A stretch of DNA of 54,022 nucleotides, counting the filler, from Sphacelaria rigidula (Eukaryota), in assembly GCA_964200075.2 (NCBI GenBank). It is 5 parts of 5 records of this genome, joined end to end, with 100 filler letters (N's around TTAATTAATTAA, not from the genome) between each part and the next. Parts side by side here need not be neighbours in the genome. Positions count along the whole stretch, not along the records: positions 21,653 to 32,376 come from CAXNAA020006022.1; positions 32,477 to 43,199 come from CAXNAA020006023.1; 3 more parts are not named here. One strand, given 5' to 3'. The notes under the pieces were generated by a model. The model was not told the origin of the DNA. It made no database searches and saw nothing but the letters and a program-made list of their open reading frames with translations. Within the stretch, counting starts at the first letter, position 1. Every line of letters starts with the position of its first letter. The translations under genes and the position numbers were made by a program. Below, piece after piece: positions 23,561-35,285 of the stretch.

Positions 23561-24620
23561 GTAGATCATAGCAGTACTCAATGTGTCACGGCACCACCTG
23601 ATTTATTTGTCGGTTATAACCGATGTCATGGACAGTGACGGTAGCCATGGCATATATATAGTGTATACACAATTTTTATAATCCTGTAAGTCTCCCCTTC
23701 GGTAAGTTTGCACGGGCCTCCCGGGGGTGACACAAGTCGAACATATATGGTTAAGAGGGGCTGCTGTACAGTATCTCAATGTATAGTAGTGATCGTGGCT
23801 GTACAAAACACCGCATGTCTTATCGGATGTCGTTCGGAAATATGAGAATTAGAACGGAGGCCGACGGCGGAATCGCCGGCGTAGGACTTGTGTGGTATTT
23901 CCGAGGTGCCAGGGTGCGAAGTAGCTCTCGTGCCACAAAGACATGACAGCGGGAGACACTTCCCGAAAAATTGGAATGCGTGGAACATTCTTGGCATGTT
24001 CTTTGTAAGTCAATTTAGCTTCCACATTACTGGGCCTTTTTTTGAAACAGGGTGATTGTTTTTTGCGGCTAAACATTCCTGCGCTGCTGTGCTGCCGTGC
24101 TGCTGTGCCTTGTTCAAGTCGCCAACGGCCCATTGCACGGTCTTGTGTTGCTGGTGACTAAGGCCCAAGGCATTGTTCAATTGTTTTTCAACTGATTTGC
24201 TCTCATGTTATCGTGACAATGGCGGCATAACCGGTGTGTTCGTGCTCCCAAATGAACGAGAACGCGACAGAGAGAAACACGGGGAGAAGCTATCCCGCCA
24301 AAACTAATCCTGTTCAAAAATTTCCATGATCTTCAACAGTCTTTTTTTGTGGTTCGAGTTCTTGTTCCAAGTTTTCCATGATCTGGAAAAGGCTTTTGTG
24401 GTTCGGGATGGACACCCCGCGAAAAAAGGCCAGTTTGAGCGAGTTTCGTTGGCCAGAACACGCGTCACAGGTATCAGATGACACCCAAACCTAAACGGGA
24501 ATGTACCGCTGAGTCTTCTCAGTGCGCTGCAAAAGAAAAGGCGGGAAAAAATGCCTTGCCGCCAGAGAAAACTCGGTAAACGTGGTGAAATATGTGAAAT
24601 GATACAGGTACACATGTGTC

Positions 24621-24916
24621 CGCCGCGCCCCATCGGTGTAATGATCCAACTGTCGCCATTAGGGCGGAGAGAACAAGGGTTCAATTCTCGATGCGTTGGG
24701 TTTTCCCTTCGTAGTATCTGATTCCCACCATGGAAGCGTGAGAACATGAGTAAACAAAGTAGTCGACTGAGTTTGTTTGGCGTGAGTTGACACGGTGCGG
24801 GAGTGCTGACCCCGTCCGCGAGACCAAAATGCAAGGCGTGTACCGGTGAGAGATGTGTGGGTCCCTTGAGACCACGGACTCGTCCCGAGGAAAGGGGAGG
24901 GATTCAAAGTGCGACA
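24621..24916 (+). mobile_element. SINE-like element with a tRNA-like head
   Basis: A-box-like TCGGTGTAATG and B-box-like GGTTCAATTCT, followed by a body shared with ~20495, ~25740, ~31205 and ~31820, then an A-rich tail. Confidence 0.65.
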
Positions 24917-25045
24917 AATAAAAAATAAACTACAATAAAATATATCTTCCGTAAGATGTCGAGATCTGCTTCTTCGCCAGTGCTACCTGTTGGGCCATGA
25001 AAACGCCCAGCGTGGAGAATGATATATATATATTTATATATATAT

Positions 25046-25294
25046 GGCACTTTCTACGATAGCCCCCCCCAAAAAAGTGCATGGTTTTGGGAGGCAAAAT
25101 CTTCACGTAAATCGAAATGGGAAAAGACGAGCACAACGAGCAGCTGGGAATTCCCACGCTTGGGTTCGTTCTTGCCAATGTTGCCAATACGAGGCGCTTC
25201 ATGCAGCCTGAACCCGAACACAGGCGCTGTATGGCCATTTTTTTCGTGACACTTTTGGGCTGGTTTTGGGGGGGGGGCTATCGTAGAAAGTGTC
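25046..25294. mobile_element. 249-bp MITE embedded in a (TA)n microsatellite
   Basis: TIRs GGCACTTTCTACGATAGCCCCCCCC / GGGGGGGGCTATCGTAGAAAGTGTC, with (TA)n on both sides. Confidence 0.85.
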
Positions 25295-25739
25295 ATATAT
25301 ATATATATATATATACATATATGCATATAGGGGGACGCGATAGCCTCGGGATGTGGGGTGTTTTTTTGTGATGTGGGAGCAAGAATGAGGCTCTTGGCGC
25401 GTCCCAAAACGAGCCGTTTTTTTTCGAGAATGCCCTTGCCGTGGTTGTTCTGAGGGAGTTTTTGTTTTTTCTTTTGGGGGGTGTGAGTGCTTCTGTCGTG
25501 CTTTGTCCTTCGGTGAATGGAAAACGACCACGAATCGGTTCAGTGAGTTAACGGACTGTGACGCGTTATTCAACCAACCTATCGACAATGATCCTTCGTT
25601 TTGTGAATTAATTAATTGATGAAAGGGCTATGAATCATGAACTCGATGAATTCAAATCGGCTCCTCATTTTTGTTCTATTCGTCGTACTTTGAACACCTT
25701 CTCTTCCTCGAAACGAATTCATTGTCTTACTCAGGAAAT

Positions 25740-25835
25740 CAAAGCCGATCCTCCTGGTACGGTACACACCTTCCATTTTGGTATCGCCTATTTGATCAGC
25801 CGTCCCGCACCGCGTCGGTTCCTGCCAAGCAAACT
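25740..25835 (-). mobile_element. SINE-like family, body fragment
   Basis: GTACACACCTTCCATTTTGGTATCGC...TCCCGCACCGCGTC is the reverse complement of the family core. Confidence 0.55.
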
Positions 25836-26024
25836 TTTTATTCACAATTCATGTCCTCACATTTCTAACGACGGAAATCGGATCCTTCTTGAAAAAAAAA
25901 CGTGTATCTGACGCGATTCGAAGCCTCACAGGTTTGTATCAGCTTCACCAGGTGCACCGCAGGTACGCGAAAATATTGTTCTCAATATTATGGGCAAAAG
26001 ACAGACGTGGATACATCACCTATT

Positions 26025-26165
26025 TTGATTATTATCATCTATCACTATTGTTGTTTTCGTTGCCATTGAGATTATTATTGCTAGTATGATTGTCAGTGCT
26101 ATTACTATTATCATATTATTTCCGCACATGAGCCCGATTTCTCGAACCCGTGGTGACAGACAAAT
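26025..26165 (-). mobile_element. Retroposon 3' end (family 2) with a degenerate (AAT)n tail
   Basis: TTATTTCCGCACATGAGCCCGATTTCTCGAACCCGTGGTGACAGA follows a TTA-rich tract. Confidence 0.7.
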
Positions 26166-27230
26166 GCACGCCCATTGAGTGGTTTCTTCTCAGACCCCAA
26201 AAACAAACGAAACAAGCATAAAAATAGACAAGAGAGAGACGCCAACAAAATATGGACGACATGTACTTGTTCATGATGTCAAGCAGTGTACAATGACGGG
26301 AAACTTGTCACGCGCGGGCAGGTGGTGACGACAGCGGGAGTAGTATGCCCTCCCTTGTGCTGCTGTCCGGTGCATGTGCGGAAAATAAATGTCCCGATAT
26401 ACCTGAATATCAGCCAGGGAAAGTTTAACTGAGCGCATGTCTCAACAGGTAATATTTGTCGCATCGGGATATTAATAACGGAGCATTTTTCCCGAGACGT
26501 TGTCCCGCGACTTCTCTCAAACAAACTTGCCGGAAAAAAAATCCGACGCTAGATTATTGGAGAAATCTGTAGTTAGTCTTGAACTGATGTACTACCTGAC
26601 CAGGTTAGGGATCTGCTCTCACATTTTTCGAAAATACCCCCCCCCCCGCCCGTCCTCCCGCAAAATGAAAAATAACAAAAAAAAAATGAGATTACGGTGA
26701 AGAAATTTGTCCCATTCATAATACCCTTCATTCTTCTTCTTCGTATTATTATTATTCTTCTCTTCCAAGCGTCCCAATTTTTGTCTTTATTGTTTGTGTT
26801 CTTCCTTGTCTTGAGCTTTTCGTGATACAGTACTGTGTGCTTTCTGTTCATTTGCCGTGGGTCCGTCTCTCTTGTCACTATAGCTATTGCAGCTTCGGGG
26901 GGGATCACTCCGGTCTTGCCTCGCCTTGCCGCGCCCTGTCCTGACTAGTTCGGTATGCCGCCACATGTAGTTTTCCTCTTTTGGCTGTTTTGACCTCCTA
27001 TGGCCCAGTTGCCATGTATACGATGATTTTTTCCGTATTTTAGTTTTCTTTCGAGCACACATACATTTTTTTTCTTTGTTCGCTGATGTGTGTGTACAAC
27101 CCCGTCCTTCGGCGCGCCGTGTTTTCCTATTCGTGGGGCGCACTGTATACTCTTTCCTTGTACTGTCTTTTTATGCCATAACTCCATCACCACGGGCGCT
27201 AGATTGCTGGACAGGGGCTGATGTGAGAAA

Positions 27231-27237
27231 CAACGAT

Positions 27238-27271
<34 letters not shown>

Positions 27272-27293
27272 ACCAACAACAACCACAACAACC

Positions 27294-27334
<41 letters not shown>

Positions 27335-27350
27335 CAGTCAACGACAACAA
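27231..27350. repeat. (CAG)n(CAA)n microsatellite just upstream of the HIS7 acceptor
   Basis: Direct observation; intronic. Confidence 0.9.
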
Positions 27351-27405
27351 TCAGTTAACAGATCAATGAACCAATCGCCCGGTGGCGTTCGTTTTCCCCT
27401 CTAAG

Positions 27406-27493
27406 GTACTACGAAGAAGGCGCGGACGAGGTGTGCTTCTTGAATATCACGTCCTTCCGACAAGGGGTCCTGGACGACCTGCCCATGCTCAAG
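27406..27493 (+). CDS. HIS7: hisHF next exon (R)[29 protein letters not shown]
   Basis: [18 protein letters not shown] motif; joins in phase to the previous exon across a 3845-nt intron; donor AAG|GTGAGA. Confidence 0.95.
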
Positions 27494-27664
27494 GTGAGAC
27501 CACGTCCAGGTCATCGCACTAGAGCATCAACGCCAATTTTGCCGGAGTTTTGTGGGCTCGAAATCCTGACATTTCAGAGTCTTCTTGTCTGGGTTTGCTA
27601 TGTTCGAAAACGTGAGTATGAGAGCTGGCGCAAAAATAACCTCTGCCGATGACTTTGTCGGAGT

Positions 27665-28489
27665 CAGGCCGGATGCTATGGCAACAGATTTTTGAATCCT
27701 GGTGAAATAAATCCGCGGCATATTCGGGTTCGCGAACGATCTTATGGCAGAACACAGATTTTTATACCATGTTTTTCTGATTTGTATTCCTCCACCAGGG
27801 TTTCGAGTTTCACGTGTAGCGTGTTTCAACAGCTCACAGTCCCGTAGGTGTCTCGTGCGTTGTGGTGTGCTGTGGGGATGCAGCATCACTGCCGCAGAGA
27901 GGTCATCACCACACCCACCAACACCACCAGTGCGGGTTGTTTTGAGCACGTAAGTAAGCGACCATGCCCCCCTCGTTGCTGCTAACATTGAATCCTCCAT
28001 CGAAGGATCGCAGAACCACCCGCCGAACAGCGACTGTGCGCATCACACGTTTCCTCTCTCGACGTCTCTGCAATGCTTTTGCCAGGAGACCGACGAGCAA
28101 GGCGTGTCGTTTTTTGTCTCGTACGCGCGAGGCGGGCTCCATCGCGCGTCGGGTGCGGCATGTGGTTGCTTGGTGTGTTGTTGGCTGTGATCGACAGGAT
28201 TACTCACAAAGGCGCAGCCAGCATGCCGGCACATTAAAAAAAAAGGCGCAGCGTGACCCCATTACGACGGTCTGCCGGCCAAAACGCAAAAGTCCGTGGG
28301 CAAAAATCTGTGCTTGCCTGCCCCCGCCAGTTTGCCCAAAAATATGTGGGACTCGGGTCCCGAATCTTGACCGCGGATTACTTTACGCAATTTTTTTGAT
28401 AATCTGTACCCATAAGATGGGTGTCACACGAATTATCTCAAAATCTTAAGATCCGCGGCCAAACCTCTGTTGCCATAACATCCGGCCTC
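27665..28489. mobile_element. TIR-bounded non-autonomous element (~0.82 kb)
   Basis: AGGCCGGATGCTATGGCAACAGA / TCTGTTGCCATAACATCCGGCCT; no TSD recognised. Confidence 0.65.
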
Positions 28490-29149
28490 AAAAGATCCTA
28501 TACTTGGACACAATATAATGCGCTGTACGCTGCTTGCACAGGAAGTCCCGTGAATGTCGATGGGCTTCGGAATGATTATCGCCCATCACCCAACGTGTAG
28601 GGCAAGGAGAAATCAGGCAAGAGAAGGTTCATCACTTGGGACCAGAGTACCATGGGTTCGCTCCGCGGTACCAAGAGGGTGGAGAGCATGATGAGAAAAA
28701 CTCGCGGGGTGGAGGGAATAGCACCTCTGACGATTTATTATCTCGGAGAGAGAGGCACCGAGTACGTGTGTTTGAAGAATTATTCGTGGGTGGCGAGTAC
28801 GGTTCATTTACCTCATGTGTATAGGTTGTAGCTTTTCACTCAGTGCGCATGTATATTTTTAGTGTACGGAACGCGTGCAGCTAGTAAGCCTTGCAGAGGC
28901 GGTGCTTAGGACAGAAGACGAAGCGACAGGCGAGGAGCGTTGGGCGACAATGCCTAGAGTGAAGAGCATGACCATACCCCGGACTGGGGATTGGAGGATG
29001 ATATTCCCGGGATTGGCAAGTTCGGTTTAATGGGTCAGGATCATTAGTGAGCGTATCGGGCCAGTGGAGGTGGTCATTGCAGCACCTCCCGACTACGGCG
29101 GTGTGAACCGGCTACTCCGCTGAAACTATACGATGATAGATTTTAAGCC

Positions 29150-30650
29150 GTGGGGACAAGACCTGATGAGTTTGCGAATTTTCCAATGAAAGCGGGTAAC
29201 ATTTCAAGACAACAGTAAAGTATCCATGTGGAGAGGTAACCGGTACATTTCGTCCGCCATTTTCCACATGATTCTGGTGTCCTGCATTTGATGATCGGTG
29301 TAAAGTGTGAAGCGTCTGCCCCACAAGTACAGACGAAAGTGCGTCAGGATCGACACGACTCACGATAACCCCTGCCTACTGCCTTGATAGATTCCACCTC
29401 CACTGCGGATAATCACGTGTGTGTACTAAATTTAACACTGAACATACCGCAGAAAACATATACCCCCTGGGCCGTGCAACATCATATTTTTAGTTCTGGA
29501 CATCTTGCACGTCCCTGAATGACACTTCATCTGCTTGAATCGTCGAAATCGTCACTGTTTCTTTTCGGCATCCGTACGGATATGTCGTCCATCTCAACCG
29601 ATTTATAGATTGCTTAGTTGATGCATCTCACATGACCTCATCCCCCTTGACTCGAGCTGTGGTCATACGATATACGTACCCGAGGTGAGTTAAGAAACGC
29701 TCAGTCGCCGTATGAAAGGAGACTCGAGTAGTTGGGGGGGGAGAAGATACACATGCAAAGAACGAGTACCGAAAACAATATAAAAGCCATGGGCACAATC
29801 GAGATAAATTCGGCAGACGAAATGGTTGGAACCAGCAACGGTACAGTATGTCTCGCGGATTCGTGCTGCTTTTGATGTCACTATCCTCCACACCACCACG
29901 ATATCTCATGTCGAATGTCCCCAATGGTAGGTGCTCGAGCTGGCGTCGGAGCGAGTATTCGTTCCGCTCACGGTCGGCGGAGGGATTCGAAGCCACACAG
30001 ACGACTCGGGCAAGGTGACCGTAATTACCTCCAAGGAAAAAAAACAAGAAACGATATCGAGATCGACTCACTCAGCCTGATCCAAACAAAATAGCGGTAG
30101 GACACAGTACGATAAAATATGAAATGGTCCGTTCCTCGTCAGTACGGCGGGGAACTCCGCAGTGAATATCCATGCACGTGGATATTTCTATAAAATGCGA
30201 AAGCATGCCGGGCTACGATTTTGCCTGATTCGTGTGGCATCACCGGCGAATATTTGAGCACGAGCATCACTCTTGATCATCGACTCACTGAGAACGTTTT
30301 AGTGGCCGTACGCTTGCCTGTGATCTGTGACGGAGAGTTTTGTGTGTAGCGCGGGGGTCATGTATACTGTAGATTCTAGCTTCGCGTACAGTGACATCGC
30401 TCGGTCTCTTGCACTCGGAAAGTGCGGCAGAGATACACGCGTGCATTGCGTGTAGAGTCTCGTGTTGTTAGATGGTTGTGAGGGTCCCACGAATACGTAT
30501 GTGTCTGAAGATTACTCGCCGTTGGTGTTATTGGTTCGTACCATACGAATCTATTCTGGGCCCCTGTGTCCAGGGTTGCACCCCAGGCGTACCCCAGGCA
30601 CGTGGAGTGGCGCAACATATGCGTGAGAGACTTGTTATACTCGCGGTCAA
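29150..30650 (-). pseudogene. Decayed piggyBac-like transposase remnant
   Basis: In the expected order on the minus strand, across frameshifts: VWYEPITP, DPR...VRPL, SESMIKSDARAQ (cf. the DESM+xxKxR catalytic motif), LPLGTFDMRYRG (cf. LxRGEFxxR), QWRWNLSRQ. Confidence 0.45.
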
Positions 30651-31203
30651 CCTTTCCCCCTCCCTCGACCAATGAGGCTCCAGAAATCGTGGATTCAGTT
30701 GTTCGAACCGGCGATGATTCGTCCGACAGTGGCATGATTGGGCGGTGTGTATGCAAGTTTTACTGGTTTGTAGTGCACTGAGGCGTGAGTTATTGCAGAG
30801 TGTGCTGAAACCAGTAGTCATTTTTACAGTGCAACACAGTATAGTACAATGCGGTCATATTCACTACGAGCGCGCGTATGTGTGCATTGATTCTGGCTGT
30901 GGGAGGCCACCTGTGTTGCTACAGCCAGTCTGTTCTCGTACCGTAAAGATTGGAATATGGCTGTATTGTTTCGTACCACCGTGCCCTGGTGGTCGTGCTG
31001 GTACCACTCAAACCAATCAGTGAGTCAGAAGATTGCGGGGTCGATATTTCGTAGATGCAGTTTGAATTTTTTCCCCCTCAGATGTATCTGATGTCTGTCG
31101 TTTGAAGACGCGAGGGCGCGTGCAAGTAGCGAATAAAGTACGTTCGGCGAGAGTCGCCGCGGTGCGGAAATGCTGGTCCAATCGGCGGCGATACCAAAAT
31201 GCC

Positions 31204-31505
31204 GCCGCGCCCCGGTGGTGTAAATTGAAATTGTAAAACTGACTTCATTGAGGTGGGAAGAACGCGGGTCCGGTTCTCGCCAGATGTGCATGGGGTTGTT
31301 CTTCGGAGTATGACGACGTTCGTGAGTAGCGAAGCGATTTTGTTGACTGAATGTGTTTGACAAGAGTTGACGCGGTGCGGGAGTAGCCATGATCCAATCA
31401 GCGATACGTCAAAATGTAGATCGTGTACCGGGGGGGAGATGAGGCGATTCCTTCAGGTCAAGGACTCGTCCTGAGAATTGGCGGGAGAGATTTAAAGTGT
31501 GACGA
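31204..31505 (+). mobile_element. SINE-like element with a degenerate tRNA-like head
   Basis: Starts GCCGCGCCCC..GGTGTAA like the 24621 copy; body GAGTTGACGCGGTGCGGGAG...GGACTCGTCCTGAG. Confidence 0.6.
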
Positions 31506-31814
31506 ACAGAAACAAAAAGGTTCGACGTATCAGCAAAGCCGATGTATATCGGTGGTCCAGGGGCATCATAGCAGGTTACGTCAGGAGCCATAGCCCGTAA
31601 GACTCAAATATCGGCATAGCATGGGATCGGGGGGTGCTGCGCATGTTTATGTCAGTCTCCACTATATCGCTGGTGTGCTGACTTATTCTCCGGGGAGAGG
31701 TGGGGGGGTAACGATGCACGGGCGCGCGCTGCCTGGGCTGTCAAAATTCCGTAGTAGCAGCTGTGATGGAACTTTCAGCAGTGCGTTCGCCGCAGTTGTA
31801 TTCCCCTTTTTCCC

Positions 31815-32100
31815 CGCCATGCCTCGAACCCCTCCCATTCCTCGAGGACGAGTCCGTAGTCACTCAGGAATCAATCCATCTCTCCCGCTGTGCATACCCT
31901 GACATTATTAGCGCGGATCGGATTAGCTCTCCCGCACTGCGTCAGCTTTCATGCCGAGATTTCTTTTGCCACTTGCATTGTCACATTTTCAGCGACACGA
32001 ATCAAATGATTTTGCCGGGGGCAATGCACTCACCGAGATTCGAGCGGTAAACCTTCTGTCCAAAGCGGCTTGAGTTATACGAGGTAGACGCGGGCCGCGC
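31815..32100 (-). mobile_element. SINE-like element, inverted copy
   Basis: CCTCGAGGACGAGTCCG...CTCCCGCACTGCGTCAGCT is the reverse complement of the core; B-box-like GCTCGAATCTC on the minus strand. Confidence 0.55.
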
Positions 32101-32210
32101 GGATGTTTGCTCCATCACGACAAATCGCGGCTGGGTTCTGCTATATCCCTGGGTGTTATACGGCGTACAATACCCACGGTAGGTGATCGTGATCAGTGTG
32201 TGTGTGGAGG

Positions 32211-32376
32211 AGGGGGGGGCGTACTCATTTGTTGCTTGCCTTAGTCGTGTGACCATTGACCACGCATCCCTTTCGCGACGGAGCAAACGGAGCGGTGGGG
32301 GGGGAGGGGGGGGGCGTACTCATTTGTTGCTTGCCTTAGTCATTTGACCATTGACCACGCATCCCTTTCGAGACGG
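32211..32376 (-). mobile_element. Two tandem LINE 3'-end fragments (family 1) with poly(C) tails
   Basis: GGGGCGTACTCATTTGTTGCTTGCCTTAGTC..TGACCATTGACCACGCATCCCTTTCG occurs twice; the contig ends inside the second copy. Confidence 0.9.
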
Positions 32377-32476
32377 NNNNNNNNNNNNNNNNNNNNNNNN
32401 NNNNNNNNNNNNNNNNNNNNTTAATTAATTAANNNNNNNNNNNNNNNNNNNNNNNNNNNNNNNNNNNNNNNNNNNN
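32377..32476. other. Artificial contig spacer
   Basis: Same N44-TTAATTAATTAA-N44 structure. Confidence 0.98.
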
Positions 32477-32749
32477 TCACCCTTCATGCGACTCGCCGAA
32501 CTCAATACGGCGCTTCACGCTTGGTGGTTGAGTGCGAGCCTGGTCCGGCAAAAACCCGGCGTGCTCCGTCCCGGCTTTGTGGGGATGCGAGGTCAATGGT
32601 CTCATGTCTGTGGCATACATGATCACGAGTACACTCCCTGGGCGTTCATGAGTGAATGGGCACCACTTTTAATGCCCCGATTTTCTCCTCTACCCCCTTC
32701 CTCTCTTCCTTTATCCTGTGCGCGCCCCTCTCCAACTCTACCCACGCAG

Positions 32750-32977
32750 CGCGAGTGTGAATTTCTGGCAGACGGGCGGGTGCTGCTCGATGCGAAACTG
32801 GTATCGAGGCAGACAGTTGCCGACCATTTCGTGGAGGAAGGCACGCAGGGGTTGCACTTCTGCCGACTCGAACCGCGGATCGACGATCCTCCGGCAGACG
32901 ACCGCGCGACGGTGGAGTTGGAAGAGCTGCACCAGAGGACTCGGGGCATGGCTAACCAGATCATGGCGCCAGTGAGG
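32750..32977 (+). CDS. LON peptidase N-terminal (substrate-binding) domain protein, LONRF-like, internal exon RECEFLADGRVLLDAK...NQIMAPVR
   Basis: Pyrimidine tract plus cgcAG acceptor; donor AGG|GTGAGT; 76 codons, phase 0/0; LxDGRxxL motif of LON-N domains. Confidence 0.8.
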
Positions 32978-33193
32978 GTGAGTGGTGCACAGGCCGCTGT
33001 GTTGATTGATTTGATTGATTTTGATTCATTGATTGTCGCACTTGAACTGGCCTCCCCGAGGGATCCAGCCGTGATCACATGATGGACGTACCCAAGGAAA
33101 AACAAAACCCGAACTCTTGCGATGTGTGTATCAGATATGCTGGGGAGGGGTGAGGTTGTAGGCGTATTTCTTGCACTATTTAGTGTTTGTGTA

Positions 33194-34311
33194 CGAGCTG
33201 GGCCAGCCTAAAAACGGATTTGAGCTCTAAAAGCAATTTCTCGTCGACACAGATGAGTTCGGCCGTGATCCGCATATCATATTAATCGTCCAACCAAGGG
33301 TAAGGTGCCCATCTGCTTGGAAGTTTGGGCCCATACTTTCTCGTTGATTAAACCCCATTTCTGGTAATTCCTACACCTAACGGAGATGGCGTCCATACTA
33401 AAATATCTATGAAACCCGCGATCGATGCACTCAGCGGATGACAAATTTTGGTGTGGACATTCTCTGAAGGAATGGGAGACGATAGATATCCTCACCTTCA
33501 CCTAATTCGTTATCTATCCCGAGATGTGGCGCACGCAAGTTTCCATACTAAGATCAATATATTACGAGCAGAGGCACTAGATGCCCCAAATCTGGATATC
33601 GCGCCTCAGTTTTTGAGAGTTGTTCCATAAAATTTCGTGTGGTGAACCGCTAGTGAATAATAGAAAATAAGCCTTTTTTCATTTTTCTTTTCATGTTTTT
33701 CGTGTTTTTGTGGAGTTCTAAGAGGAAATAAACATTGCCCTTGGGCCTCATCTTGATGTTCTAGCTCAATTTTGGGAATTGTGATGAGAAAGTTATGGCC
33801 GAATGAAGGAACTAATGGTCTTTACCATACTGAAACGCCCTCGATCAATGAAAAGATGAACAAAGAAAAAACTGACCCACTGAGTTTTGTTGATTGTGGT
33901 CTGGCGAGGGCCCACACAAAATTTCAATACACAAAAACCGAACGTGGGCCGGTGAGTGGCCTTCGAAATACTGTTCCGAATTACTTCCGACCCGGTTTTT
34001 GAAAGGCAAATGCGCCGGCCAATCTTTGAAGTTGGAACGTTAAATTTGGGATGGACAATGCATAGGGCATGAAAAAAATCGGAAAGAAGCACCAGAAGTT
34101 TTTTTTTTTCCGTGAGTTGAGGGCAACAGTTAGTTTTCAGGTATCAGTAAAACGCCCCTAATTTACGAGAGAAAAAAAACTCCTGGCGTTTTTTCCCATT
34201 TTTGTTTATGCCCCGTGCATTGTCCATACCAAATATGACGCTCCAACCGTAAATATTGGCCGGCGCGTCCGCCTGCAAACTTCCAATCCGCCTCAAGGCT
34301 GGCCCAGCTCG
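33194..34311. mobile_element. Tc1/mariner-type non-autonomous element (~1.1 kb), intronic
   Basis: TA|CGAGCTGGGCCAGCCT ... AGGCTGGCCCAGCTCG|TA: 16-bp perfect TIR with a TA TSD. Confidence 0.8.
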
Positions 34312-34752
34312 TATCCGGCTTTCAATAACGTAAGAGTCGAAGGTTAGAAGCATTTTTCCATGAAGTTGTCGTAGTTCCTAACCCCCTCCCCGTACCCAGC
34401 TGGCTTGCGCTCCTTGTCACGCACACCTTTTCCACGTTCTTGTATTTTGAGTCAATCCTCACCCTTGAAGGGATAATGACTATATTCAAGGGCAGTCAGT
34501 CAAATCAACCCTCGAATCACAGTGTTGTTTTGCGACCATTCTAGAGATTGCCGGAGAGAGCCGATATGCATATGTGTTCGAGGCTGCGTTGAAACTATTC
34601 CCGCAGCTATCGACTGCCATTTTTTTTCTCCCGAGCAGCGGGTCACAGCACGTGGTCCTTAGCATTCCGATCGCTGTTGTTTTTGTTTTTGTTTTTTTAC
34701 CACTATTTTACAACTCTTGGCTTTTTTTCAATTGTCGTTCCGTCATTTGCAG

Positions 34753-34974
34753 GCACAAATCGTAAACAGGTATGGGCCGATGCCGTCAGGCGCCGAGCCG
34801 CTTTCCCTGTGGATATCCTCGGTTCTTCCGATGTCGGTGCGAGAAAGGCATGCCCTCCTGGCCGGCACTTCAACGGTCGAGCGCCTCCAGGTCTGCGAGC
34901 GCAACCTCATCTCGCTGGGCGGCAACGCTCCCCCACCTCCGCCCTCTCGCGTCCCGGCGGCCGTCGTCGCTGAG
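34753..34974 (+). CDS. LON-N domain protein, exon AQIVNRYGPMPSGAEPLSLWISSVLPMSVRERHALLAGTSTVERL...VVAE
   Basis: GPMP..SxWxxSVLP...LLxxTSxxERL is typical of the end of LON-N domains; ttgcAG acceptor, GAG|GTTTGT donor, 74 codons, phase 0/0. Confidence 0.85.
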
Positions 34975-35097
34975 GTTTGTGCGTGTGTGCTTGTGCGTGT
35001 ACGTTCAATGTTCACCATCGGTTGTGGTTTGTGGTATGAATCTATCGCACTGGTGACAACGATGGGACATGTGAGGGTGAGGCCCTCTAAATTGAGG

Positions 35098-35191
35098 GGG
35101 CGGAGGGGGGGGGGGGGGGGGGGGGGACGGCGAACAAGACTGGGAGCGCGGGGGGGGGCACCGGTAGTGTCTGCGGTGCGACGCGTGCGAN

Positions 35192-35271
<80 letters not shown>
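35098..35271. repeat. Poly(G) tracts with an N (low-quality sequence)
   Basis: Direct observation; N at 35191. Confidence 0.9.
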
Positions 35272-35285
35272 CGTGGACGGAGCAC

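Noticed and set aside
24625..24700. Functional tRNA gene
   Set aside because: Box-like motifs are present but I could not form a convincing cloverleaf, and it continues into a dispersed repeat body.
27076..27369. Poly-Ser/Gln protein
   Set aside because: Intronic (CAG)(CAA) microsatellite with no splice or homology support.
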